Below, piece by piece: positions 25,061-38,711 of a DNA stretch of 64,000 nucleotides. The stretch covers positions 45,569,817 through 45,633,816 of the forward strand of contig NC_068992.1 in the NCBI RefSeq assembly GCF_001194135.2. The letters are read 5' to 3'. This stretch comes from Octopus bimaculoides (Eukaryota). The notes beneath the pieces were generated by a model, which was not told the origin of the DNA, did no database searches, and was given only the letters and a program-made list of their open reading frames with translations. The number at the start of each line of letters is the position of its first letter. Within the stretch, counting starts at the first letter, position 1. The position numbers and the translations under genes are program-made.

Positions 25061-28000
25061 CATGGGAAAAGGTTATCAAGTAAAGAATCACTTGATCATT
25101 GTTTTTCTTTCCCAAATCAGCGAATTTAAAATAGCTACGTTAATAGTAATGTTCCCGCCGCTGTCTCATAACGTTCAACTCTTATATTCAAATGTATTTA
25201 TTCAGATGTATTTTATCACTATGTAAATATTGAATGAGTGACCATCATTCAATGTAAATGATATTTACAGGATGAACTCAAGAAAGAATATTATTCTACG
25301 AAATTATTTTTGATAGCTCTAATTTTCATCAAAGATATGTCATTATTTTAGTTATTCCTGCTTTTGTTGTTGTTGCTGGGGATTATCTCCAAGTGAAGCA
25401 GATTTATGTCCAAAGGCATTCCAGCCTTGACCATCCTGCCTTTTTATGTATCTTGAATTGCATTGTCCAACATGCTCTGTTTGATGCAAAACGGCTGGGT
25501 TGATATCTGAAGGAAAATAGATACTATATATTGTGTATCATGTGAGTAGACAGAAACTTCTTCTTCGGTTCACTCTCTGACTTGCCTGAGGCAATGGTAC
25601 ATATATAACGTGTAGCTGTGCGGTATATATTGACGACCAAATATACTGAGTAGCTGAAGTATAAGTGACTTTGAGGAGTATAGTAGTGAGAAATTTAACA
25701 CTAATCTCAATATCGTGATTAAACATTACATTGACTTAACAAAGTGAATAATGGTTTGAATTACTCAATATCACATTGATTGTGGATCTATACGAAATGA
25801 AACATATTTATTAATAAGATCGTATTAAGCAAATATATTTCACTTGTACGTTATGTCATAGACAACCCCGTCTAAGTTAGTAACGAGATGTATTTATAAA
25901 ATATGTATAACATGTTTCAAGGAAATTTCTCATCGCATGTTAGTGTGGCTTCTTCCTTTCTCTTTATTCGATATTTCAAGGAAGCTTACTAATGTCTATT
26001 GAAAATAACTTTATAATTCATGTTTCATACCTGAAAATGTTACATTTCTTTTTTTTCCTTTCTTTTTCTCTCTTAATTATATATTCTATTCAAAATGAAA
26101 CAATATGCTGAAAATTAATTATATTTCTTTAGGCTAAGAAGATAATAAGTAGTAAGTTCTTAAGAAAATTTTCGAAATATAGTTAGGCAGATGTAAACTA
26201 TTTCAAATTTGCAGCAAGAAGCAAGACTGCATTATATTCAGCAGACAATATGCATTTCAGATGATCTAACCATAATCTCTCTATGTTTTCTAACATCTAT
26301 TAAGACAGTAATTATGGCGTAATATAATTGTACAAATATCACACAGCACATCTATCATGTTTGTACCAACGTGAAAAAATCAGAAATATCTAGTTCATAC
26401 TCTATTAAGAATTTGAGAATACCAAAGGCCGCACACAACATCTGTTTGCCGGTGTTGTGAGTGATATTGTATAGTTCTGCCAAATGTATCGCTTTAAAAG
26501 GCAACACACAAAACTTAATTTTCACTGATACAGTACACTCAGTTTTAAATAGATACCATAGTTAGGTAAAGTAATACGTAATGGGACGGCTGTATAATTG
26601 AAGTCAATTCATTAACTCTTGAACATGCTGAGTTCTCTCTTTGTAACGGTAGAGTTTGTGTGAACTGTATAAAATTAAAAGTGGTTTCAATTTTTATTGT
26701 CCTCCAAGATATATAGACATCGAAGGAATATCTTGAATTGAAATTGTACACGATCCTTAACTTGTATAATAGAAAGCCATGAGATTTAATGTAGCAACAA
26801 ACACAATAACATAAACAAAAATGACAAAGTACGCGAAAACAATATCCATTTAATTTTGAAATAGGCAGAAAGATAGACAAATGAAATACTAGCTAACATA
26901 ATAACCTTCAAGGTAGTAACCAAAATCTCCGTAAGATAGACTGGACAATGTAGTTCTAGATACACAATGACAGAGATGTTTAAAAATGGAAGAACTTTGA
27001 TGTATTATGTAGCAAACCAGCGTGAGCTTGTGACTCACCAAAATGAAAAATGTTTACTATATCTATCAGCATTTGGGGGTAGAGGAGACAATCGTAAATA
27101 ACAATGATTTTGGTACTCGGCGAACGATATGGGTGAAACTCTCTGTTGTCCCTAGTTTAACGCAAGTATTAATATGCTTGAATTTATAAGCGAATTGTAA
27201 TACTTTTTTTTCTTATTATATTTCATTATTTGGCATTTTGGGGGCTGCCTTGAAGGAGATGATATCGTTTTAAGTTAAAGAGAAATTTGTTGGGACCTTT
27301 TTCTAACTGCCCCCATTAAATGATTGTACACCGACAACGCAGACGCCTTGAGGCAATCTGTATTGATTCAATGAAACGAGTCCACAAAAATGTAGCCATG
27401 TAGGATAATGTCAATCGTGTCTTCTGCAAGGCAAAATAAGACACTGTCAATGCACTTATGTCGAAACATTACTGCATTTCTTTCTGTTCCTAACCATGGA
27501 AATTATGCAATCAGAACACTTCGTATTTCTATGCTGCAATAACACATAAGATATCTTAAGAAAACGATTCAACTCCCCACAACTTATACTCAACACAACT
27601 CAGGTGCGACTCGCAATGATGTACTGTTCCCACATTTAGTACAGTATTATAAATAATGTTTCCATAAGAGAGACATCTTACAAAATTAACACAGAAATGC
27701 TATATGACCGAATGCCAAATGTCAAGCCCAAGTTTATTCTATCATTTTGTCTCATACTCTTCCTTTCTCCTGATTTTGCCTTTCCTGCCACTGTACAGCG
27801 TCTCTGCTTCTCGATAATGGTGGTGTTGTATCAATACATAACATATAGATTAGTAGGCCACTATATATAGAGAGAACAATATATAGCATAAAGATCACTA
27901 GATCATAATATATATAAATATGTGTGTGTGTGCGTGTGTGTGTGTGTGTGTAACAGTTCACAATACATAGATCACTCGCTTACATAATTGGGACGTAGAA

Positions 28001-29290
28001 ACCTACCCACCAAAAATGGCATTTCTGCTTAATACGTCTCATATAGACACACGCACATAAATATGTGTGTATATGTCATTGGTAGGTTGCATGCGTGTAT
28101 ATAGAAATTTCTATACACATGCATATCTGTGTATACACTCATATATGCAGATTTGATACGCTAGTGTGTATTCCTAGAGAGAAGCCAAATGCCAACCATA
28201 CCTAGAGCGGAGACCGGCGCCGCCAAGTTATCTGCTTAATGAAATACAGCACGATTACGCAGTGAAACTAGTTTCTCTTGTTTATGCACTTATAACCTCC
28301 CTAGGCTATGGAATTTGTTTGATATTGATTGATATGTTTGTGAATACGTATGAATCAGTGTGCGTGCGTGTGTATGTGCGTATGTGGTAATAACATAACG
28401 CAAATTCACTGTGCTGGTGAAAAATTTATTACCATGGAAACTAACTCTAGTGAGGTATGTAGGTCGGGGTGAATACATCTCAGGGAGGAACGTTATGGAA
28501 TTAGTTGTTGAAATGCAACTGAGATGATACAGAAAAAAAGTGTGGAAGGCACATTTGAAACCAGAGTCAGACCAGAGGTGGTATGTCTCAGAGAAATTCT
28601 GCTGATACAATTGTGATAGACCGGTGTAACTGGAAGCATTATAACTAAGCAATCAAATGTTCAGATATAGTAAACCTAATGAGGAGCTTTTATTTGTAGA
28701 CATACAATGGTAACTTGTTCTTTTCAGAGAAATAGAGCAATAATTGATACTCATGTTTTCAAATTTGAGAACACTTAAGTTTGGTGTTGTAAGTCTAGTG
28801 TATAACTGGTTCAACGGAACCTTTTACTGGAAGATAGACTTCATGAGGTTCAGTATGGTTTTCGTCAACTTTGTTGATAATTTGTTTGTTTTACAAGTCA
28901 AACTTTGTCGAGGTTTCATGGGTTAGAGGTGATATAAGAAAATAGTTCATGTACATCAATACTTGAATGAAACAGATTAAATGAGAGTTACACAATGATT
29001 CTAGAATGGTTCAACGTAATTAGTGAAATTTTAATTACTAGAGATATTTTTAAAGTAGCGTCTCGCTACTGACTCCAACTGGATTCGCTAAAAGGGAAAA
29101 AAAAAATATTCAAACAGTGTTGCAGAATTCAAATATATGAGATGAGGCAAATTATTGTATGTTTAATATTTATTTTATCAAACAGGAACAAGCGAGAGAA
29201 TTAGATGAATAAAATAAATGTAAGATTACAATATATTTTAGTCACATTTTTAGTGCTCGGTTGATTTCTAATATCAATATTTAAGCAAGT

Positions 29291-29428
29291 CTTAAATTCC
29301 ATTCCGGTCGACTTTGCTTTTCGTCCTGTCGAGATTAACAAAATAAATGCCAGGTGAGTCCTGGGGTCGATATATTCGACTTGCCCCTCCTCTGTAATTG
29401 CTAGCCTTGTGCCAAAATTTGAAAACAA
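29291..29428 (+). mobile_element. SINE family A, 3' two-thirds
   Basis: AAATTCC..GGTCGACTTTGCTTTTC..CTGGGGTCGAT..GCCTTGTGCCAAAATTTGAAA shared with other copies. Confidence 0.85.
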
Positions 29429-29589
29429 TATTAAAGCAATTGTTGAAACGGACGAAATACTTAGCTTTAAATTTCAGCGGAATTAAATAAAATAAGTCTT
29501 ATTTTATTTATTCGTAATTGTTTTAGTCATTCTCCTTTGTCCCAATTTTACAAATCATGACCATACGATTAAAAGTTTGCTTCATAATA

Positions 29590-29660
29590 ATGTGGTTTCA
29601 GGTTCGGCCTCATTGTATGGCACCTTTGGAAATTATATTTTATTATACAGGTCGACCAAT
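29590..29660 (+). mobile_element. Decayed SINE fragment (B-box-like CAGGTTCGGCC followed by GGCACCTTTGG..GGTCGACCAA)
   Basis: Similarity by eye to the CORE-like family. Confidence 0.4.
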
Positions 29661-31326
29661 CAATGAAGCTATGTAAAGGCGTATACCGAATGAACTTGTT
29701 TCAGGCTCATTTCTTGCTTGTCACTCCCCGTTTAACACGTTCTGATGACAACTTATATATCAACTTTTTAGTTTCGAATGAACTCACTATCTTAATCTTC
29801 TGTTCAATAGTGTAACAACCTAGTTTCCTCATCCCATCTATCTACCTGTTTCGGTGGCATTGAAAAATCAGGTGGTTGCACGTTCTTTCATTGAATAAGA
29901 GAACAAATAAGTCGCTGTAATTACGACTTCATGTAGCCTGAGATTACATTATAAATGTAATGAATCTAAGGAATGAATCTAAGGAAGGAAAATTAATTTG
30001 TAGTGTATCTCTTCCCATTTTATCTTTTCCATTGATAACAACTACGACTTTATGATTTCCCATTTACTGAATTAGCTTCTGAGCTTTGCCTACCCAGGCC
30101 TGAGACACGGTACATCACTAAAGGAGACATTGTAAACCTTGAACACTTAACTTTGTAAACAGAAACAATTCTAAATCAATTACGTATGTTTACATTTCAT
30201 TAATTGTTTCGAAATATTTGTGATAAAATTATGTATTGTCATTAACATTGTATATGGCATTCGCAAACAAAATGAGACAAGCTATAAGGGAAAATCCTTT
30301 GGCTTTCCATTATAGCAAACTATCTGACGTAAAACAAATTGTTAACGCTGTTCAGCTTGATTTATTTTTTAGTCACCTGACACGGAATCGTATAAAAACA
30401 TTTCTCTGTGTGTGTGTTTTTTTCTTGTTTCATTTCGAAACTTCCAAAAAGCATAAAATATTCTTTGTTGTAAACCAGTTTTATTTTCGTTCATAATAGC
30501 ATTCTTATTAAATTTATTGCAAATGACTTACACACCCCTGTTTTTGTTGAAATAATTTCAATAAATTAACAAATATAACAAGTTATTTCCGTACGTTCCG
30601 ACGCTCTTCTCGAAATTTTGTCGTATATAATATTTTATATAAATTTTCAGTTGTAGGTTTGTGTTTCCCTTCAGCAATTGAACAAACACAAGGAATAATG
30701 GCGAATGGGTATACATGAAATTATATTATTAGAATATTTTATAAAAATGTATTATGAATAATGTGTCACCTGCCCAGCCTCTCTTTCTTTCATATATTGG
30801 TATTTACCTGTCTGCTTATAGCTCATGCTGATTTATGTCTCAATTTGTTCCGAGAAATATCAATGATTTAAATGCCCTATATCGCTGGGGTTGGCAAATT
30901 TACAACCGTCTACAAATGAGAAACCTCAGCCTTTCAAGCAAGCAATATAGCAAAATATAAAAACAGAATATTATATTTCATTTCGGATATAATTTAAAGT
31001 GACATCCGAGAAGCGAATATTTTGTAAATAAAAGTGTTTCATGTCATTTGGTATATTCCGTTTGTAGTTATAACGAAGAAATGTATGGTTGTTGGGTTGA
31101 AAAGTGAAATGGCAATTTTGGACAAAAATATGGTCGAATCTGACCTTGAACCATTTAAGGTTAATCAAATTTGTAATAGTTTAACATTGGTAACACTAAT
31201 GTGTCATCGAATCCTGTGCAGTAAAATAAATGCCTTATACATGTGTATACACACACACAAACACACACACACACACACACACATACATACATATCCACAC
31301 ATTCACACGCATACATACACATAACA

Positions 31327-31510
31327 TTGGGTTGGCAGAATCGTTAGCCTGCTGAACAAACTGATTAGCGGTACTTCGTCTGTCTGTTTTCAATTTCCGC
31401 CGAGGTTGACATTCCTTTATATCTTTTCGGGGTCGACAAAATAAGTACCATTTGAATGCTGGAGGGGATGGGCGATGTAGTCGACTTAGCCCCTCCCCAC
31501 AAAATTTTAA
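31327..31510 (+). mobile_element. SINE family A
   Basis: TGGCAGAATCGTTAGC..TTCCGCCGAGGTTGAC..TTTCGGGGTCGACAAAATAAGTACC. Confidence 0.88.
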
Positions 31511-34394
31511 AGGAATATTTTGTCATAGGACAAATAAAAAGATATGTGACTTTTGTGTTACTGTAAAACAACATTGCAAACGTGAGGTGGTAATAGCCGC
31601 AGCCAATCAAGTATTTTAGATACTTGCTTAAATATTAGCTTTGAGGATTATGTCGGGTATAGTAACGATTATAATGTATGGTAGTAATAATGTATGTAGA
31701 ATTGATGTAATGGATGACAGTGATTATAAAGTATAGTATTGATTATAATATAAGAGTTGCCGTAAACCGCAGAAACAGTAGAAGACACGAGTAATTGTTA
31801 TACTGTCCAATTTTTGTAAACAAATATATCACTAAAGATAATTACTCAGCGACACCATCTGTTTTTAAAACAATAATTCAGTGATAATATATTTAATGTA
31901 ATTAATACCCTGAAAATAATTAGAAATAGAGACATTACAAGGACAAGACAATATTAACTAAATATCAAATATGTTTATCAGTTTATGAAGCAGCATTTCG
32001 TGTAGAGTGGAGTTCCATTGGCTTCTCAGATAATAAGAGACATCGATAACGTAGCCATGACTTTAACAACTGAACTCTTTAACAAGTAAGCTCATATCCA
32101 CACTTCTGAACATAGTCATTACCTCTTTTGTTAGCAGTGTGCCACATACGAATGGGCACCATTCTAGAAACACCACTATGTGATTCAGTGAACGTCTGTA
32201 AAAAAGGAAGATTCTATCTGTCAGACCTATGTTTGATATATAATGTTACACTGTAAGCTGTACATGTTGCAAATATTTGAACTTGAATAATTATAATAGA
32301 TTGAGATATGTTCATTTACATTAGCACAAAATAAATATTTTCAGATATTACATATTAATATATATTTAAACGCGTGACAGTTGGAAGACATAGGAGTTCA
32401 ATTAAAGGGACAATCATTATTTATATGATGTATAGGGACATGTCCTCTCGTTGACTTCGATAGATGTGCTAACGTATTTTTAGATCAAAGGGGAAGTAAC
32501 TATTGCAGTATCAGAAAAGGAAGCAATGAGAGGATACATTATCATTATTCAAGTTGTTGAAGTTAATCAGTTAAAACAGAATTGATCACAGAAATAGTTT
32601 ATATATAGTTGAATTGAACCTACAATGTTTGTTTAACAGCTGCTTTTTTCCTAGACATGCATGGGAAATTGTAATATGGAGGCTGACGTTTTTTCTTGTA
32701 AGTCAAATTGGAAGTGTTTTTGAGAATCTGGACATGAGCGTAAGTATGTCACGTAATTTTAGCATTGCCATGAATGTTAGGTGCTCTGGTCTAGCTGCTA
32801 TTATTCTACAACAATCAATAGTAAAAGAAAAACTGAACAATACTCCTTAAATTAGTTCAAGAAAAAATTAACTCATAGTTTGTTATTGAAAACTGAATTA
32901 CGCTCAGGGTGGCTGATTCTTAGATAAACAATAAATCACAGAATCTTACATAGACACACGCCTGGTGACGTCATTTAATGTGGTTCTGATATATTTCCGT
33001 AACACACGATTGGATTGATAGATATCGGAAAATACGAAGCGTTGTTTGAATAATCGATTTGTCCTAAAGACGTGAGTTTATTTTCTCGATCCTCAAGGAA
33101 TCATGAGATATTCTCGCACATCACAAAAACTGCAAGTTCCTTTAATTTACTTTAAGCAAATATAAGACCTCCAATAAAACCACGGTGTATGAGGAGAAAA
33201 AGTATTTCAATCAGATGGTCGGGTCATCTGCTAAGTAGTATTCTCTATCAAGTGGATTAACCTCCGTTAAAGTGGAGATTCGATATTGAAGCAGTAAACT
33301 CTATCAAGTCACTTGCATATGATTTTCAAACTAATCCTTAGAGCTTGACAGAGAAATTTTCAATTTTCTTTTCCCTCTATCAATCACGAATCTATTTTGG
33401 TCAAGAAGTGAACCATTCCTCGAATACCATTTTCTTTATTATGTTTGCTTAAGAAAATTCTGAAAGATTGAATTTTCAAAGAGCTAAGACTGAAACAACA
33501 ATGCTATTCTATTGTATATGTGTTAGTTTGAATTAATGCACATAATCTGACGCACACGCACCACTTTCTTTCCCCCACCACTATTGTACACATACATTTA
33601 CACACATAAATATACATATGTACACGCATAAAAAATCATTTATGCGTATGTATTTGAATGTGTGTGCATAGAAAGTAATACGTACTATGTCTGCATAAAT
33701 GTGAATACAGATACATCTATCACCAACGCCGCCTTCATGAAGCTTTTAAACCCTCATCGACCCGGTGTCTGTAACACATGAAAAGTATTAGATAATGGAG
33801 TTCAAGATACACGGAATAATCACTGATAAAAAAAATCCGAGCACAGGTCTGTTGGTACAACACGACAGAAATAACAAAATCTCTCACTCATGTTCTTGTT
33901 TGTAAATCTTACTAACTGTACATGTAGTGACCACTTCGCTTATTCCTGCATCACTTGAAGAAAAACATCGTCGAAATTCTTACATTGATCACGTTTACTC
34001 GACAAATATATTTCCCTTTACTTCGAAATATGCACCTGGAGTTGTTTGTGTTAGGAATGGATTTAATATGAAGATAGCAGCGCAAATAGTTTCAAACACA
34101 ATATCATTTATTTTAGGTGACCTCTGTTAAGAACGGGGGATGACCGGGCGGGGTCCAACACATTAACGTTTCCACAAACCAGTCCCTAAATCATTGGTTC
34201 ATATTCCGTTAAATCCACTACGTTGTGGTCATAACCAAAACAAAAGTGAAATCGATCAACTGGGTAAGAAACAATTTATGTAGCAAGAAGCAATTCGTAA
34301 CCACCCAGAAATGTCGTTCTTCTTGTTCTTTCGAAAGAAAAAAATTAATAAAAATTCTTAAAGATCTTCAAAATTTACCAATTCTAAGCTGATG

Positions 34395-34450
34395 ACCTAG
34401 CAGTATCTTTAAGCACGCCGGACGAAATGCTCAGCAGTATTTCGTCTTTC
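34395..34450 (+). mobile_element. SINE family A 5' fragment
   Basis: AGCACGCCGGACGAAATGCTCAGCAGTATTTCGTCT. Confidence 0.65.
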
Positions 34451-35546
34451 TCTATTTAGCCTAGGAATTGAAACGGTGTTTTCTACTCGTCTTGATGTTA
34501 ATTCAACCCGTTGCGCTACGATTCTCCAAACTTAATATAATAATACTGTCGTTGTTATACAGTTATAATTGTTTTCGTTGTGACACTGTAATTTGCTCCC
34601 AGTAACAATGTCAAAGTAATGAATTAAATGTTTATATCATTTTATTTTGTTTGCTGTCATTGTTGTTTCAGTTATATTCTATTTTTGTTTAAAATATGAA
34701 CGTTAAAATCATATCACGATTTAATATTAAATATATGTTCAATGAAACAATATTTCACCCAATGAACTTGTTTCGCATTTCATCTGCACAGTGTGATTAA
34801 AATATTTCGCCTTTCACAAACCATCGTACATCGTGACAATATCAAATATTTTTCATAGATTTTATAAATAATTCCAAAATTCGTGATGTTCACTTTCTTT
34901 GAATAGTGAATCGAAATGAAAATCAAAAATTTATCAATTGATCGTGGCAAAAATACAGAAACAAAACAAGTTTTGTTAACAGATTTTATTAAACCCAAGA
35001 TAGATCATTTTTGAGTTATTATTACATCGACAAAATAGTCGTGAATGTCAGAGGTTTCTCTTACATGAAAAAAAGTAAAAAAAAATATATAACGATGCAA
35101 GAACCATTTACGTATGCACGCTTTGTCATTAGTTTCACCATTTACCTCATCCTTTGTCCTCCAACAAAATTATTTACATTATACATAGACACAGATGAGT
35201 GACCGTTATAAAAGTTTAGAGGAACGAAACTACGTTTGTATTTGCACCATTTTTGAAACTCACACAATCTTACACAGATTCGTGCGAAATTAATTGCAGT
35301 TTCTGTCACTTTAAATGCAAGCTTTTTCGCAGTTAACTATATTAACGCTATTTCTATGTAATATACCATATTGCGAAGACATCAGTCTGTTTCTTTTTTA
35401 TGATAATGGATGATAATGGATCGAATTTCACAGTTTATTGTTGCTTATTATAAACTGTCAAAGTAAAAGAGAACAAATTCTTTCTTGGCAATACCTACCT
35501 CTGATGTCAGATAAAGGATACATCGGATATTTGATAGAAACCGCGA

Positions 35547-35691
35547 ACATCAGTGTAACAATTAACAATTTTTTCAACTCAAATACAGTAAAACCCTACA
35601 TGATAAAGATTATTTTATTATTTTCTTGTGCACTGAATTCTTTGTGCTATAGTAATACTCATACAGTAATACTATAGTAATACTCATATAG
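35547..35691 (+). repeat. 145-bp direct repeat, copy 1
   Basis: Identical base for base (by eye) to 36778-36922; the ORF track shows the same peptide in both. Confidence 0.95.
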
Positions 35692-35692
35692 T

Positions 35693-36041
35693 TGTTGTTG
35701 TTGTTGGCACTCTGTCGCTTACGACGTCGAGGGTTCCAATTGATCCGATCAACGGAATAGCCTGCTCATGAAATTAAAGTGCAAGTGGCTGAGCACTCCA
35801 CAGACACGTGTACCCTTAACGTAGTTCTCGGGGATATTCAGCGTGACACAGTGTGCCAAGGTTAGCCCTTTGAATTACAGGCACAACAGAAACAGGAAGA
35901 AAGAGTGAGAGAGAGTGTTGTGGTGAAAGAGTACAGCAGGGTTCGCCACAATCCCCTGCCGGAGCCTCGTGGAGCTTTAGCCTGGTCTGTGAATCGAAAC
36001 CGCGAGTCCGCTGCCCTAACCATTGGACCATTGCGCCTCCA
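35693..36041 (-). mobile_element. tRNA-derived SINE, family B, with 12-bp target-site duplication
   Basis: Head GGAGGCGCAATGGTCCAATGGTTAGGGCAGCGGACTCGCGGTTTCGATTC (A and B boxes), (AAC)n tail, TACTCATATAGT at 35681-35692 and 36043-36054. Confidence 0.92.
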
Positions 36042-36777
36042 CTACTCATATAGTAATGCTATAGTAATACTCATACTCAACATGCATGTCCACACACTCA
36101 TCCCACGTGGACGTTTACGCGCATGCCCACATCCATATCACAGCTGTCCCTGTACATTCTATACAATGAAGGCTGTGAATTATATGCTGTTGGTGAAATC
36201 TACCATAATTTTAGTAATTGTCTACCAGCCCTTGTGGTCGTAAGTAGATATAGTTACTCTCCGGACCGTCTCAGTGTTAAACAAGAGTAACATTGGGAAT
36301 GTGATGGGTTCACTGGTAACTAATTTTCAGGTCCTAAACTTATGACCATAAGACCAATATTGCAAAACTTAACTTAATCCACACACACTCACACTTGTTC
36401 GTCTTTATTTGTATAAGTAATGTTTGTGCGTTTGTCTATATAATGTATATACGTATATGTATATACGTGTGCGTGTGTGTGAAACCAACTGCGGAATGCT
36501 TAGGTAGTTGTTTGAGGTGCATCAAATAGTAACCAGATTTATCTGAAATCTGGCAAGAGAGACATTGGAAGAAATACATAAAATAATGTGGTCCTACTTA
36601 GTGGCAAAATGGGACAGCCACAACTGGGATAGTTTTAGATATTAGATCTACACAATCGGGAGAAAAAGATAACAACATACTTCTCATTTTATGAATACAA
36701 GTGTATGTATGTGTGTGCTACACTTGCGATTCCCCAACTAATTTTGATATTTATGTCTTACTACTCTCAAGCATTAC

Positions 36778-36922
36778 ACATCAGTGTAACAATTAACAAT
36801 TTTTTCAACTCAAATACAGTAAAACCCTACATGATAAAGATTATTTTATTATTTTCTTGTGCACTGAATTCTTTGTGCTATAGTAATACTCATACAGTAA
36901 TACTATAGTAATACTCATATAG
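36778..36922 (+). repeat. 145-bp direct repeat, copy 2
   Basis: Identical to 35547-35691. Confidence 0.95.
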
Positions 36923-37544
36923 AAAATTTATTTTTCTTCAAAGAATTTGAAGACCTAGAATATTATAGACTTCGTTTTAGTGTTCAACTTATTCTAGTCA
37001 TCTTGATGACTTTAATTCTCCAAATAAATTACTCCTGTGCCGCTAATAAATAAAACAATAGTCACGTTGAAAAAATACGCAGAGGAAACAAACAATATTT
37101 AAAGAAAAAAGTTTAATACCATTAACCGGAAGATATTTTCGTAAAGGAATGTCGAATTTAGTTTAATAGATTTTATAGATCTAAAAGACTTAAGAGAACA
37201 TAAGAGAAATACCACACGGAACTCCATCATCCGCTCATCACTCAAGTAAAATTTATTGCATTGAATTTCTCTAAATAGAATAAGATGCTTAATTTAAAAT
37301 AAGAATGGCTTTAAAGTGGATCGTTATAATCCTTATGTGTAAGAGTATGTATGTATGTATGTATGTATGTATGTATGTATGCATGTATGTATGCATGTAT
37401 GCACATGTGTGTGTATCTATACGCGTACATTTAGATGTGTATGTATGTATGAGTATATGCATCTCTCTATATGTGTATTTTTATGTGCGTCTGTGTGCAC
37501 ATGTATGTAAGTATGTTTGTATATATATACACTTGCACTTCTAA

Positions 37545-37587
<43 letters not shown>

Positions 37588-37687
37588 NNNNNNNNNNNNN
37601 NNNNNNNNNNNNNNNNNNNNNNNNNNNNNNNNNNNNNNNNNNNNNNNNNNNNNNNNNNNNNNNNNNNNNNNNNNNNNNNNNNNNNNN

Positions 37688-37790
37688 AGTAAGAGATCTG
37701 GGCATCAACATGTGTAGTGATGCATCATTTCACATGTGTAGTGATGCATCATTTCACATGCACATTGTCCAGTTCGTGACCAGAGCTGGT
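37688..37790 (+). mobile_element. CR1/L2-like LINE RT-thumb fragment with a 24-bp tandem duplication
   Basis: VRDLGINMCSDASFH(MCSDASFH)MHIVQFVTRA resembles the xRDLGV..DSxLSFxxHI motif; left end is a gap. Confidence 0.65.
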
Positions 37791-37950
37791 CCCGCGCCAC
37801 CAGCATAGAATTCTCGGTGTCTTTTATAGGGTTCCTTTCATCAGCCAATCCCACCTATTTTTTCCAGCAATTTCTGTTGTGACTGCATAGAAATGATTGT
37901 GTTGTCCCTTCTTACGAAATTCTTCTTCATATCCGTTTTATTATTAAGAC

Positions 37951-38254
37951 GGCGAGCTTGAAGAATCGTTAGCACACCGGGCAAAAAATACTTAGCAGAA
38001 TTTCGTCTGTCCTTACGTTCTGAGTTCAAATTCCGCCGTGGACGACTTTATCTTTCTTTTCGGAGTCAGTTAAATAAGTACCTGCCAAGCACTGAGGTCG
38101 ATGCAACCGATTGGCCCGTTCTTATAAAATTTCAGGCCTTGTGCTTATAGTAGAAAAAGTTATTACTATTATTAATATTAATAATAATAATAATAATAAT
38201 AACAATAATAATAATAATAATAACAATAATAATAATAATAATAACAATAATAAT
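37951..38254 (+). mobile_element. SINE family A, full length, with (AAT)n tail
   Basis: GGCGAGCTTGAAGAATCGTTAGC..GAGTTCAAATTCCGCCG..GCCTTGTGC, then (AAT)n/(AAC) at about 38160-38254. Confidence 0.9.
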
Positions 38255-38324
38255 GCAGCGAACTGGCAGAATCGCTAATCTGCTTGATAAAATGCTTTCG
38301 TTACGTGTTCACGTTCTGAGTTCA
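38255..38324 (+). mobile_element. SINE family A head, truncated inside the B box
   Basis: GCGAACTGGCAGAATCGCTAA..ACGTTCTGAGTTCA, then an abrupt switch to mariner sequence. Confidence 0.8.
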
Positions 38325-38711
38325 GAGCAATTCTTCTCCACGACAACCCTCGGCCGCACGTCGCACAACTGACCCTGCAGAAGTTGAACGAATTGGGCTA
38401 CGAAACTCTGCTTCATTCACCATACTCACCAAACCTCTCGCCTACCGACTGCTACTTTTTCAAGCATCTCGACAACTTCCTGCGTGAGAAATGCTTCAAA
38501 AACCAAGACGAAGCCAAACACGCTTACAACGACTTCATCGCCACCAGAACCCAGGATTTTACGCTACTGGCTTAAATGAACTTGTTTTGCGTTGGCAAAA
38601 GTGTGTTGATTCTGTTGGTGTTTATTTTGTTTAAGAAAGTTTTGTTTGAGCCGAGATATGTGCATCTGAATTTAAAGGTTAGAACCCGCAAGAACTTCTT
38701 TGACAACCTAA
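38325..38711 (+). mobile_element. Mariner (DD34D) 3' fragment with right terminal inverted repeat
   Basis: ILLHDNPRPHVAQLTLQKLNELGYETLLHSPYSPNLSPTDCYFFKHLDNFL has exactly 34 residues between the second and third Asp; ends TTTGACAACCTAA+TA (reverse complement TTAGGTTG, mariner-type TIR). Confidence 0.93.

Noticed and set aside
22722-28231. Shared 12-mer ATAACTTGGCGG (22722-22733 plus; 28220-28231 minus)
   Set aside because: Many 12-mer matches are expected by chance in 64 kb
33213-33233. RWSGHL, resembling the LINE C-terminal RWAGHV motif
   Set aside because: Isolated six residues with no flanking support
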